Shown here: positions 13,384-25,169 of the stretch, in pieces
How the letters are laid out: every line of letters begins with the position of its first letter
How positions within the stretch are numbered: position 1 is the stretch's first letter
Assembly (NCBI RefSeq): GCF_001194135.2
Contig: NC_068987.1
Coordinates: 99,462,678-99,526,677, forward strand
Source of the DNA: Octopus bimaculoides
Lineage: Eukaryota
Direction: 5' to 3'
DNA: 64,000 nucleotides
The notes under the pieces: model-generated
Told to the model about the DNA's origin: nothing
Database searches by the model: none
The model's input: only the letters and a program-made list of their open reading frames with translations
Translations under genes and position numbers: made by a program

Positions 13384-13655
13384 GATAGATAGAGAGAGAG
13401 AGAGAAAGTGACTGTATTTCGTCATAACATAGAGAAATCGATGACTTCTAAGGTAGACATCTATACAGAGAATGTGAGGTTGCCATCGTTGTCGTCGTGG
13501 CCTAAAATGTTTATTACTTGACTAATATAAACTATTATAATGTAAAATTCTTGTAATGCAAATATGTAAATGAAAATAAAGTTTATTTGATAGTCGTAAG
13601 ATTACTGCATCTTTTGATAACCTATACATCGAAATTGGCAACTCAGTTATCGAAT
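12470..13655 (+). repeat. Old tandem duplication, two units of about 600 bp (approx. 12470-13000 and 13060-13655)
   Basis: Shared collinear anchors: GTATGTGTAAGTGGCA, AGTGACTGTATTTC, GTCGTGG, AAAATAAAGTT, ATCTTTTGATA, GGCAACT.AGT..TCGAAT. Confidence 0.8.
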
Positions 13656-13839
13656 AGGAAGATACGTGCGCGCACGCACGCACAAACACACACACACACA
13701 CACACACAAACACAAACACGCACATATACTCGCACATATGAACTCTTATATAAATATGGAAGTGTCCCTCTTTGTTGTTCTCTGGGTCTGTCTTTCACAT
13801 TCTCTGTGTGTCTATCTCTTCGTTTCTCCTCTGCTTCGC

Positions 13840-14100
13840 TGATATCAGCTATCCTTATTATGCCACATTTCCCTAACCCTAACATTTGTGAACACCTCTC
13901 ATTTATCATGTAATAGCACAACCCCCATAGTTGGTCCATTATCAATTTGTTTTGAAATCCAATAAGACTATAATTCAACTGGATGTTAGTTCAACGTGTA
14001 TACAAACGTTGGTGAAGATTGGTTCCCTGGTTTGTGCAGCAAAATGATAACAGACAGACAGACACTCAGATAGACCGCAGTTGCTATTTATATTTAAGAT
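13840..14100 (+). mobile_element. Probable non-autonomous Helitron/Helentron-like (DINE/HINE-style) element end
   Basis: CCCTAACCCTAAC, then GGTGAAGATTGGTTCC...(CAGA)n...TTTATATTTAAGAT, an architecture typical of these elements' 3' regions. Confidence 0.4.
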
Positions 14101-14125
14101 ATATATATATATATATATATTCACT

Positions 14126-14170
<45 letters not shown>

Positions 14171-15691
14171 GCACACATACATACACTTTCTTATAGAGAT
14201 ATGCATTCCTCTCACTGTACATTTATTGTAAACCTTTGTTAATGTACCACTCGATTGTATACATTTTATATAAACAGTAATAACTTAGTTGAGTCTTAAA
14301 TATTTCGGTTAAATCTTATTGCATACCATTCTGTATTTTCCATATTATAAGAGCATTCTGTCATTAGCAACCAGTTGAAACAAGGAAGCATATATTTTTA
14401 TGATCGTGTTCATAACATGAAGGACTTTTATGAAAGGGACTTCGCTTGTGCGCGTGTGTATGCGTGCGTGTTTCTCTGAGCATATATGTTTACCTTAGAT
14501 ATATTCGAATCTCATTGAGAAACGTATCCATTGATTTACTCACCTTAAAATCCATCTATATATCTATATGCGACAGGTCAGAGAGGAACTTAACACAGCC
14601 CTCGAATTCATCAAATGTTGACCATTATTGAGCTAACGTACCGCGAGATTAAGATTTATATTAAGTTAACCTGTTTACCACTTATACAATGTTTATAGTT
14701 TTCTTCCTTTGGCTAAAATGGTAACGATCTTCTTCTGCACATTATGAATGTTACTAACTTAAAACTATGCAGTGATATTCTGAGATCTCATACTTTAAAA
14801 TGTATGAGAGAAGCCCGCAACGATGAATTATTGTTCCAAAACCTTTTCTAGATTCATACTGGGTGACAGCTCACCCTGCATATAACCTACTGTGCATTAT
14901 GTTACACATAACGGATATTATATTGAATTGATGATGAACTATTCACCTTTTTGCCGCGTTGCAATATTCTTTCCTGTGCTAGCCATAATCTTAAGAGCAA
15001 AATGGAAAAGAAATTGTAAAATATAAAGAAACAACTGCAAAAACAACATGAAAACTGTAAAAAAAAAACTGCTGGTTGTGGTAGATCTTTTAAAATAACT
15101 TCCATTAACATTTTTAATATTTCTATCTTTAATTATGAATCATGAATAACTCACTGTAGAATGTATTTTAATTTTTATATTAAGTTCTCTGCTATTCACT
15201 CACGTGTATAGAATACATTCATTCTTTTGTTTGTTTTTCAGGGAGAGGAATTTTATTTCCATATTCAACTCTTCTAGTGGTTGATGAATGTGTTTTGTAA
15301 ATTTGTTATAAGATTCTGCTCTAGAGCATGTGGGAAAATGCTGATCATACAAATAACGACAAAAAGAGAATTGATTGAGGCAAAAATTCAACACAGTAAT
15401 AATCAAAGAAACATATGACACAGAAGAGAAGTGGATTCTGCTAAAGAAATATTCATTCGAATTGGAAATAAACACGTTTAAAAAATTGATGAGTAAGAAA
15501 CTGAGAAAACATATTAAACATAGAAAAACAATTTTTTTTTTTATGTGTAGAGAAATCGAAGTTTCAATGAATGTTGTTAAATGTAGGTAACAGGGAAGTT
15601 GAATGTCTTACACTCACACGCGCACAAGCCCAAAGCGCACACGCGTAAATCCACACGCGCACGTGCACACACACTCACAAGCACACACATA

Positions 15692-15728
<37 letters not shown>

Positions 15729-17160
15729 NNNNNNNNNNNNNNNNNNNNNNNNNNNNNNNNNNNNNNNNNNNNNNNNNNNNNNNNNNNNNNNNNNNNNNNN
15801 NNNNNNNNNNNNNNNNNNNNNNNATATATATATATATATATATATATATACGTACATATATAAAAACAAGGAGTGCAGCTGAAATAGTAATTTTAATGGA
15901 TTTTGTTTGAAATGTGATCTACGTGTATCATTTACATTGAAGTGTGAAGAAAGAAATCTATGTCATTGAATGACTATTCGAAGGCAGTTGAATATCATGA
16001 ATAACTAAATATTCGGTCATAATCGCAGAGGTGTGTAAGCTGTAAAATATTAAAAATTAAACAAAAAAACTAGGCAACTTAACGAAACTGATACGTTGTT
16101 TAAAAAAAATTAGGAAAAGATAAAACATAGGTGTTAAATTGAATCGTAAGATTTCTAGCGGAAGGATGTAGTCAAACTAACAATAATATTGGACTCGTGT
16201 CTATATTAAGGACCCTGAACTAAAGTAAAGAAATTAAGCAGGAGCCAGATTTGGAGGGGTGAAATTATTCGGTGCCAGTCATTTGTTTCCCTACTCTACA
16301 AAGCTCGATATTTAATTATTGTTATAATAATGAAATGCTATACTGTTATCACAAATTCCTCATAAAATACTTTGGAGTTTTTTTTTATGGAAACAAAACT
16401 GCCCGTGGTTGAATTCAAAATAGCGTTCATGGAAGAGATTGACATATTAAAAAAAGCTTGCTACTGTAATTCAAATGTAACGCAAAGTGGAGATTGAAAC
16501 TACTAAATTATAAATCAAGTAACATGAAAATCAAAAAGGAAATATTCGGAAAATAGGGCTCGAAGAAGTAAAGCAAGTTGATTACATATTAATATTACAT
16601 ATTAATTCATGCTTAGTTACTACAAATTTGGAAAATAAGATTCAGCGTATTTTATTTTCTCTTAAAAGGGTTCTTTATCATGAAATATATGTAGAAATTT
16701 TGATTCCATTAAAATAAGTAACTGAATAAATAAGTGACGCTGTTCGTTTAAAAACTCAGGCTAGTATTCTAATCCTCAACACATGCGATTGGCGTCAAAA
16801 TAAAAATTCTTTACTAGTTCAAAAAATAGTAATGAAACCGTTATTAGAATTATTTACTCGACGAAACACTAATTCAGTTTTTGTACTAGTTTAAATACAT
16901 AGAAGAGTCTGTCAACTGAATAAATGAATTTATTAAAAAATGGTAACCTCCAAACACACAAAGAACCTCGCGCACATACATACATGCACACAAACATATG
17001 TGTCTGAATTTATGTCACTTAAACATTAAAATCGGAGAAGAATAGCAAAAATAACACATCAAGTCTTCACGACAACCAACACTCAAAAATGTTTAATTGA
17101 TTTTCTCACAAAGAAAATAATATATATCACATTTCGAGCAAAGCATTTCATTAGAGTGCA

Positions 17161-17277
17161 AAGAGACCGATCGAATAAGTACTAGGCTTAAAAGGAATAA
17201 GTCCTGGGGTCGATTTGCTCGACTAAAGGCGGTGCTCCCGCATGACCACAGTCACATGACTGAAACAAGTAAAAGAG
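17161..17277. mobile_element. SINE fragment (Octopus-type)
   Basis: AAGAGACCGATCGAATAAGTACTAGGCTT...GTCCTGGGGTCGATTTGCTCGACTAAAGGCGGTGCTCCCGCATGACCACAGTC...TGAAACAAGTAAAAGAG; related in reverse orientation to 22473-22640. Confidence 0.75.
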
Positions 17278-17293
17278 TATATAATTTATAGAA

Positions 17294-17845
17294 AAAATAA
17301 CACGTGTCTCATCATTATATATTATAATTTTTCAAATCCACCAGGCATGCGCAGGTTCAGTCGGTGTCAAATAAAAAATTGCCGACTAATTTCAGAAATA
17401 ACCAAAATCCTATTCTTAAAATAATATAGGGTAGCAAAATTATAGAATTGTTTCTACCTGTGGCCTAGCGTGTATAAAAAGTCAATAGACAACATATTTT
17501 CCATATAAAATTAGTGTACATTTAAACACAGATAGAGGTGAAGCATAACAGGTCACCTTACATGCTAGAACGAACAGTCAAATGTCCAAACCACAGTTAA
17601 GAGCAATTTCGAAGGGAAAGAAAAATAAAAACATTTAGCATGTTTTCGAAATTTAATTAGAAAATAAAATAACTTCATATGCGAAGTTCTCATCAGCCAG
17701 TAAGCCAAACATTAACATGTAATATAGAGACAAAATAACGCGTGGCTCATTATATATTATTTTTTTCAAATCCACCGCACACGCGCAGGTTCAGTGGGTG
17801 GCAAATAAAAATTGTCGACTCACTTCAGAGATTTACCCAAAATTT
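17294..17845 (+). repeat. Direct repeat pair of about 115 bp (17294-17410 and 17732-17845)
   Basis: AAAATAAC.CGTG.CTCAT...TTCAAATCCACC...GCGCAGGTTCAGT.GGTG.CAAATAAAAA...CGACT..TTCAGA occurs twice. Confidence 0.8.
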
Positions 17846-20689
17846 CTGGGTCGAAATTATAATTCATTCCACCATTCATCAAACTGAAAATAAAACCGTT
17901 TGTGTGTTGTCTTTTGAGCGGATAACGTTTAAACAAGTGACACTAGAGGATAAAAAAGAACGAAAGGAAAAAGGAATGAAGAAAAAACGAAGACAAAATG
18001 AAGTGGGATAGAAAGAAAGCAACAAGACTTTCAGTGATGACCAAACCACACCAGCTTTTTTAAATTTTTATTTATATTTATTTATTATTTTTTTTTTCTG
18101 TTTTGAAGTGGTCACCAGCCTTAAACTCATTCCAATACAATGGTAAAAGAAAACATAGTTAAATAAATGAATGAATGGTGAATAGGAAGGTGGATACACC
18201 TTCTCCGTCGCTTACTCTCTACCCATCTGTCTATCTGTCTACTATCCTATTTATTCATCTATCTATGTATCTATCTATCAGCCTGTCTACCTACTTATAT
18301 TTCTATCAATCCATCTCCATTGTCTGAGAACCTCACCCTAAAAAACAAACACAATGTTCTCTTCTACACCCCGCCAAAAATAAAACATCTGTTTTTTTTT
18401 TAATAAATGAACAAACTTTTTGTACATTCACAAAATTGTATTTGACAAGATCTAGAGACGAAGGAAAGCGTTAATAGTAATGAAGAAAGGAAAGGATTTT
18501 TTCCCCAAACTCTGACGTTGCTCCTCCAGTTCGTGCCTCACAGAGTTCAAGACATACACACTTCACGTCTGGCTGTACAGACTTTTTGTTTGTTTATTTC
18601 TCCGTTTCATTTTCTTGTCTTGTTTTCCGTCCGCCACTACCCTCCACGAAAACAATTTAATTTGTGTTCGTGGGAAGAACCATTTTAACAATGCGTACTG
18701 CCTTGTTTCATCGAAACGCCGGGGGATTAATGGTGGCAGCTGATGAAGGAGATATTTCTATGTGGCCTGCTTGTTTGTTGCACCTTGTTTACCATGCTGT
18801 CCATGTTCTTTTGCCACGTCATGTACCCAGTTATGTATCTATATGTACATGTGGATGAAGGTATATACATACATGTACATATATATGCATATACTCATCA
18901 TATACTGTATATATATATACATACTGGTGTATATGTTGAGCAACACTACGTTATTTATATCAGTTTGTCAAGACGTATTATTTAGGTTGTAATTCTAAAG
19001 CGAGTTTGAAACCTATCACCTTTNNNNNNNNNNNNNNNNNNNNNNNNNNNNNNNNNNNNNNNNNNNNNNNNNNNNNNNNNNNNNNNNNNNNNNNNNNNNN
19101 NNNNNNNNNNNNNNNNNNNNNNNNNNNNNNNNNNNNNNNNNNNNNNNNNNNNNNNNNNNNNNNNNNNNNNNNNNNNNNNNNNNNNTCCTTCTGAATAGAT
19201 GGGCACCACTTTTCATTTTCATGTATGTATGTATATATATATACATACTGGTGTATATGTTGAGCAACACTACGTTATTTATATCAGTTTGTCAAGACGT
19301 ATTATTTAGGTTGTAATTCTAAAGCGAGTTTGAAACCTATCACCTTTTAATTCGATAAAATGATTATCAAATACAAACGTTGGATACATAGTCCATTATA
19401 CACTTATCATTACTGCTCCGCACTCTTAATCGAAACTATTAAATTAATAACACGCAGCGGATATACCGTTTGTTTAACTCGCAAAGAGTGTATTTTCAAA
19501 TGCGATTCATTTTTAACAATCTCTCTGCTAAGATATAAGATTGTAATAATGTGTTAAGTGAAAGTACGAATCAGAAGTGAAATTATACTATATTATACTC
19601 ATCATTAACTTACTACATATTATTGTAGTCATTCTCCTCTTCTAAAATCTTTAGCGTTATAACCAGAGGCTTCAAAAAAATATTTCAAATAAATGTAGTA
19701 GATTAAAATATTTCTGATCGATACTGATGAAAAATCATTAGTATGAAAATACGAGCAATCATTTTCAAAATATATCGGCGTATATGTAGAAATGTAAAAA
19801 AATTCAATAAGTTTCTAACACGGTGACAAATACTGAATATAATGAAGTTCACGTAAGAGATCTACATTTTACGTTGTTTCAGCTTTATTATAAAGTTATT
19901 ACATACATGACCTAGAAGTGATGAAAACCAGAAGCAAGACCAAATAAAAATACGTAAATTTGTTTGTTAATTTTGGGTATTTTTATACAATTTTCTTATC
20001 AGAAATCATTTCAAACAGATGTTTATTTCAAGCCGAATGGTTATTTCTGAATTTCAGTTGACTACTTCTACGTGTTAAAGATCATACAAGATAAGCTCTA
20101 TTTACGAAGCCATTTTTTACTACTCTTGACTGATATTTGTGGTGATCCAATGATAGCTTCAATTTTTCATTAACTGAAGAAATTACTGAAGACGATCAGA
20201 AATTTCAATCGATAGAATCTACTTTGATTAAAATTTAAGAAGAAAAAAATGTACGGAAGGAAAAGATTGAAAACATTTCGCACATGAGAAACTTTATCGC
20301 AGAATTATTCCACGTAAATTAAAATGAACAAATAATAAAAAAAAATAAAATGTTTTCTGCGCGAACATACGCTTTTAATCTGACATTGTTGTCAAAATAT
20401 TATCAGAAATTAAAGGAAATTTATATTACAGCTTGTCAGTGAAAAGAAATTAATTCTTTAAAAATCTATTTAAGTCTTAAAGTATTTGTAAGTTAACGAT
20501 ATAGCATTAAGTTTCAATAGATAGAAATATTAAAATAACATTGAGAGGATTAGATTGTCAATGTTGTATAGACTAAAATGTGAAATTTATATGCATATAC
20601 TTACGTATACTTGAATGTCTGTGCGTTGTCTGTTTGTGTCTGTATGTATGTCTATATATTTATACGCTTACTTGTTATTATTATCATTA

Positions 20690-20833
20690 GATATAAATAT
20701 ATATGTATATGTATATGTGTATATATATGTATTTATATTTATATACATATATATACACACAAATATATATATTTATATATATATATACATATATATATGT
20801 ATATATATATACACTTATATATATATATATATC

Positions 20834-20910
<77 letters not shown>

Positions 20911-20950
20911 GTATATTCACATACATATATATGTACATATATATGTGTGT
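20690..20950. repeat. Long imperfect (TA)n microsatellite
   Basis: Directly visible; one of dozens of (TA)n/(CA)n/(GA)n tracts. Confidence 0.95.
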
Positions 20951-21759
20951 GGGCGGGTGTATACACTAACATGTATACATGTGTCGCTATATGTATTCGT
21001 GTATGCATTTATACGTATTTTGTATATTCGTTGCGGAATATGCTGAAAGTTCTGATAGGAATTATTGAATCAGAATTAATCGATACCGAACAATGATCAG
21101 TCCAAGTGAATTGTTTTATTAGGTCACATCATCTGTAAAGTGACTATCACATGACAATGGAAAACTGCAAAGTATCACAATCTGGAATATTCACATACAC
21201 ACACACATATAGGCACAAACTCACACACATAAGTGCATTTAAATAAATGACAGAAATTTTGACACAAACATCTGCATATAGAAATAATTAATAAACTGAT
21301 ATTCTTCTACTGAGTTCCAGATAAGTATATGCCATCTCCTCATAAGGTAATTACCCACTTGTTTAGCACAGTGAAACGAAAACCCAGTAGCCTACATTTC
21401 AAATCCAGTTCGAATAAAGTTTGAAACACTGGGAATGCAGAATCAACCAAAACCAAACGTTCGTATTTCTATAATCCAGTCCGTTGTGAAATTCTTTTAA
21501 TTAGGAAACAGAAAGAAAGAAAATATTCACCATTTAATGTATTCATGGATTATTTTGTTGAGACAGTTTAGTGTTACATTGCAGAAAGTCTTTGGAGCGA
21601 TTTTGTGGAGATGGCATTATGTGAATTCTTCACTAGAGAGATACTATTTAGCACCTTGACTAAATTGTAAAAAAATAAACATCACTAAATCTTCTTAATT
21701 TTTTTCTTTTTCACACTAATTATAGCAGAGATTGCGAACACGGATGCACCAGCGGGCGC

Positions 21760-22250
21760 ATACAAGTATCTTACTCGATCTGTCACTGATAATATCCGAT
21801 TAAGTGTTCCCGCCATGTTGATAAACCTCACCTAATTTCTCGCTAACGGAGGGTAAAGTAGAGCTTTACTGCCACAAGCTCGGAGCTGAATCCCGAAATA
21901 ATCCTCTCATATATTATTTAAGGTGGGTTTCTCTACGTCAGTTAAGAATGTGCTGTATCAGTGGCCATCCTAGATACTCTATTTCATACGGAAATGCTGG
22001 CATGATGCAGAATCCATACGAACATTTTCGGCTGTAAGCTGCAAAATGCAGGGTACACTCTCATTTCTGAACATCTGCCATGTCTTTCTCCATGGCTGGT
22101 AATAGAATTCCATGCTTAGAATAAAATATAGACGCGCTACAGAAGAAGGTCAGTGATTCAGTACAGATGAACTGTAATCGAATATGCAAAACAAGGGGCA
22201 GGTGAAGAGGGAACTCATTAAATGTAATGACATATGTGAAATATAGGCAT
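21760..22250 (+). pseudogene. Possible very old RTE-type RT C-terminal fragment
   Basis: KYLTRSVTDN (cf. KYLGS.IT.D) and YFIRKCW (cf. LYG.E.W); weak. Confidence 0.25.
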
Positions 22251-22472
22251 ATCCGTATATATATCGGAAAAGAGGTGCGCAGTAATTGTGTTGATTGGAA
22301 ATGCATTGTATTTAATTTTATTTCATTTTGCACATAAAATATTGCAACACAACTGACCAACTGCAAACTTTAAGATAATATGTGTGCATACGCGTAAAAT
22401 GTGACTGAAATTTATAAAGAAATATATTTGAGATATTATTTTAAACATTACAGAAGTAGTCGGCTTCTTATA

Positions 22473-22640
22473 TTTGTTTCAGTCATTTGACTGCCGCCAT
22501 GCTGTGGCACGGCCTGCAAAGAATTTTAGTCGAATTGATCGACCCCAGTATTTATTCTGTTTAAATCCTGGTACTTATTTTACTGGTTGGGTTTGCCACG
22601 ATTGCCAAGTGGTGGTTGTGGTGGACAAACACAGAAACAG
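22473..22640. mobile_element. SINE fragment (same family as 17161)
   Basis: TTTGTTTCAGTCATTTGACTGCCGCCATGCTGTGGCAC...TTTAGTCGAATTGATCGACCCCAGTA...GGTACTTATTT...GGACAAACACAGA. Confidence 0.75.
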
Positions 22641-22682
22641 AGACTCTGTCTGTTTATATGTCTGTCTGTCTCTCTCACACAC

Positions 22683-22760
<78 letters not shown>

Positions 22761-22761
22761 T

Positions 22762-22905
22762 GTATGCGGCTTGATTTTCTCAGTTTCAGTCTAACAAATC
22801 CACTCACAGGTTTTAGTACGATGTACTTTCATAAGGTGCCACGCATTAGAACTAAATCCAGAACCATTAGGTTGGGAAGAAAGCTACTTGCCACACATGC
22901 GCTTC
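22762..22905 (-). mobile_element. tRNA-derived SINE 5' part
   Basis: Reverse complement reads GTGTGGCAAGTAGCTTTCTTCCCAACC...GGTTCTGGATTTAGTTC...GCGTGGCACCTT...GTGAGTGGATTTGTTAGACTGAAACTGAG; related to 1-47. Confidence 0.7.
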
Positions 22906-23664
22906 AATATAGTGGTTAGCATTCACTTTATAATGTTATTCATTCCCGTAAAGCCTTTACAATAGTCCTAATAGAGCGAACACGTGTTAAAAAGCGTACT
23001 AATCGTAACCATCTAGAATTCTTTTCAGAAATGTGTCATTTAAATAAATTATTAAGTTATCAAAATAAATTATTAACGAAATTAAAATGTCGGCACCATT
23101 TGAATGGGATTTATGCTTGACACGATATTGGTTTCCATATTGACTCAACTCATTTCTAGTGTATGTCATGTATAATTATGTATCTTGAAAGTAAAGCATT
23201 CATTTATTTTTTCTAGTCCACCTATCTATAATTATTGGTTTTATTGGTTATTATTTAACATTGTTAATTGTATCATTATCTACAATTTTTTCAAGTAATT
23301 AATTATCGTATTTCGTATAAATCGATGTGCATAAAACACCCATAGTCAATAACAAGAATAAACATATTTCCCCTATATATATATAATCGAGTGATAGTTC
23401 TATATATACATATAAAACTGAGAATGTGTGTCTGTGTGTATATGTGCATCACTAAAACTCGAGAACTAAACACCCGATTTCATTCAAATTTTATACATGC
23501 CTTACTTAAGGTGAATGGAGTGTCATCGGCCAGAAGAATTTTCACCTTCTTGCTTAATGCGATCCGGGAGCAATCTCGTAGGCTATTTCGGTATTAAGTG
23601 TTGAAAGTGAAACCAGTAACATTTCTACTGTAATGTGATATAATATCACTTTCTGTTTGTAAAT

Positions 23665-23705
<41 letters not shown>

Positions 23706-23767
23706 ATAATAATAACAATAATATAAGGGATAAAATATAAATAAATATATTCTTTTAGGGAAAAAAT

Positions 23768-24279
23768 ACAAGGTTCATGGACTCATCGATGAGAGAATCC
23801 ACTGTCACATAGAAAAATTAATAATTAAAAGCGCAATAAATAAGTATAATATAATACGAAGTAAATATTATAAGATAGCGATAATAAAATGACTACACGT
23901 GTTTCATAACTAATTTGCAAATAGAGTGGAAGTTTAAATCGTTTAAAACTATCGAAAATCAATTCTATTAACAAATATAGCTAATCTTCAGGTCAAAATA
24001 CAACAATAATAATAATAAATGAATGTATATATAAACAAACAATAAATAACAAATGAATTTATATAAAATACTTATTATATAAAGAGGTTTTTAATCGATT
24101 TTAATCGATTTAAATTTCCTTTCTACTTGAAAAGTAGTTATGAAACACGTGTAGTCATTTTATCATTTTTATTTTATGATATTTACTTTGTATTATATTA
24201 TACTTATTTCTTGCGCTTTTAATTATTATTTTTTCTATATGTGACGGTGGATTTTCATCGATGAGTTCATGAACCTTGT
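23768..24279. repeat. Inverted repeat, arms of about 190 bp (23768-23960 and 24090-24279)
   Basis: AAGGTTCATG...AAAATGACTACACGTGTTTCATAACTA mirrored by TAGTTATGAAACACGTGTAGTCATTTT...CATGAACCTT. A tandem duplication of about 70 bp (24231-24367) overlaps the right end. Confidence 0.9.
23890..23995 (-). ncRNA. Type I hammerhead ribozyme motif (PLE pseudo-LTR type)
   Basis: Minus strand: UGAC-CUGAAGA-UUAGCUAUAUUUG...CAAAUUAGUUAU-GAAAC-ACGU-GUA|GUCA. Stem I 4 bp, intact core, stem II about 11 bp, palindromic stem III. Confidence 0.7.
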
Positions 24280-24369
24280 GAGCAAGAAGAGAAGGCATAT
24301 TTTTTCTATATGTGACTGTAGATTTTCATCAATAAGTTCATGAACCTTGTGAGCAAGAAGAGAAAGCAA

Positions 24370-25045
24370 GCAAATGCAGAGGACGCAAGCCCCGTACGCA
24401 GCCATTTTTGTTTTCACTGTTAGCCTAGGGTTTGTTCACATTCTTTGCGTGAGGCGAACGAATGTTGTGGCTGCCTTCCCGATCCTCTTGTCTGTTTCGG
24501 CATCTAGGGAGAGGTTGTCGGTGATAGTGGAACCAAGGCAAATGAACTGTTTTACAACCTCGAGCTCATAGGTGATGTGAAGTGGTGCCGGCGTGTCTTC
24601 AACATAACGTTTGTCTTATACAGACCGAATGTCATCCCGAAGTCTTTGCAGGCCTGAGCTAAGCAATCCATAAGAAGCAGAAGTTCCCTCTGAGTGTGAG
24701 TCGCAAATGCAGCGTCATCAGGGAGCAGCATGTCTATAATGAGGACTTCACGGACCTTTGTCCTCGCTTTTAGGCGGGCAAGATTAAACAACAAACCATC
24801 CGATCTGGTCCATAAGTATATTCCCTCTTGTGTTGTGCCAAATGCATGCCCCAGGAGGAGTGAGTAGAAGATCCCCAAAAGGGTTGGGGCGAGTACACAG
24901 CCTTATTTGACTCCGCTGCGTATGTCGAAGGGCTCGGAGAGGTTGCCGTTGAAATGCGCAGTCCCTTTCGTGTTGGAGTGGAAAGACTCGATTACGCTGT
25001 GCAGTTTTGGAGGACAGTTTTGGAGAGCCTTGAAAAGACCGTCTC
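24370..25045 (-). pseudogene. RTE-clade (BovB-like) LINE reverse transcriptase fragment
   Basis: DLVRRDGLFKALQ.CPPKL..IESFH...GNLSEPFDIRSGVK / QGCVLAPTLFGIF / DMLLPDDAAF (YADD motif mutated) / FICLGSTITDNLSLDAETDKRIGKAATTF...KTKMAAYGACVL. Confidence 0.9.
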
Positions 25046-25131
25046 TGCGGACAAGATCACACACACACACACGTGCACACACACACACACACACATACCC
25101 ACACACACCCACACCCACACACATATATATG

Positions 25132-25169
<38 letters not shown>

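Noticed and set aside
18905-19348. Identical direct repeat of about 115 bp on both sides of the 19024-19185 gap
   Set aside because: Perfect identity flanking a gap is most simply an unmerged contig overlap; long reads are needed before calling it a real duplication.
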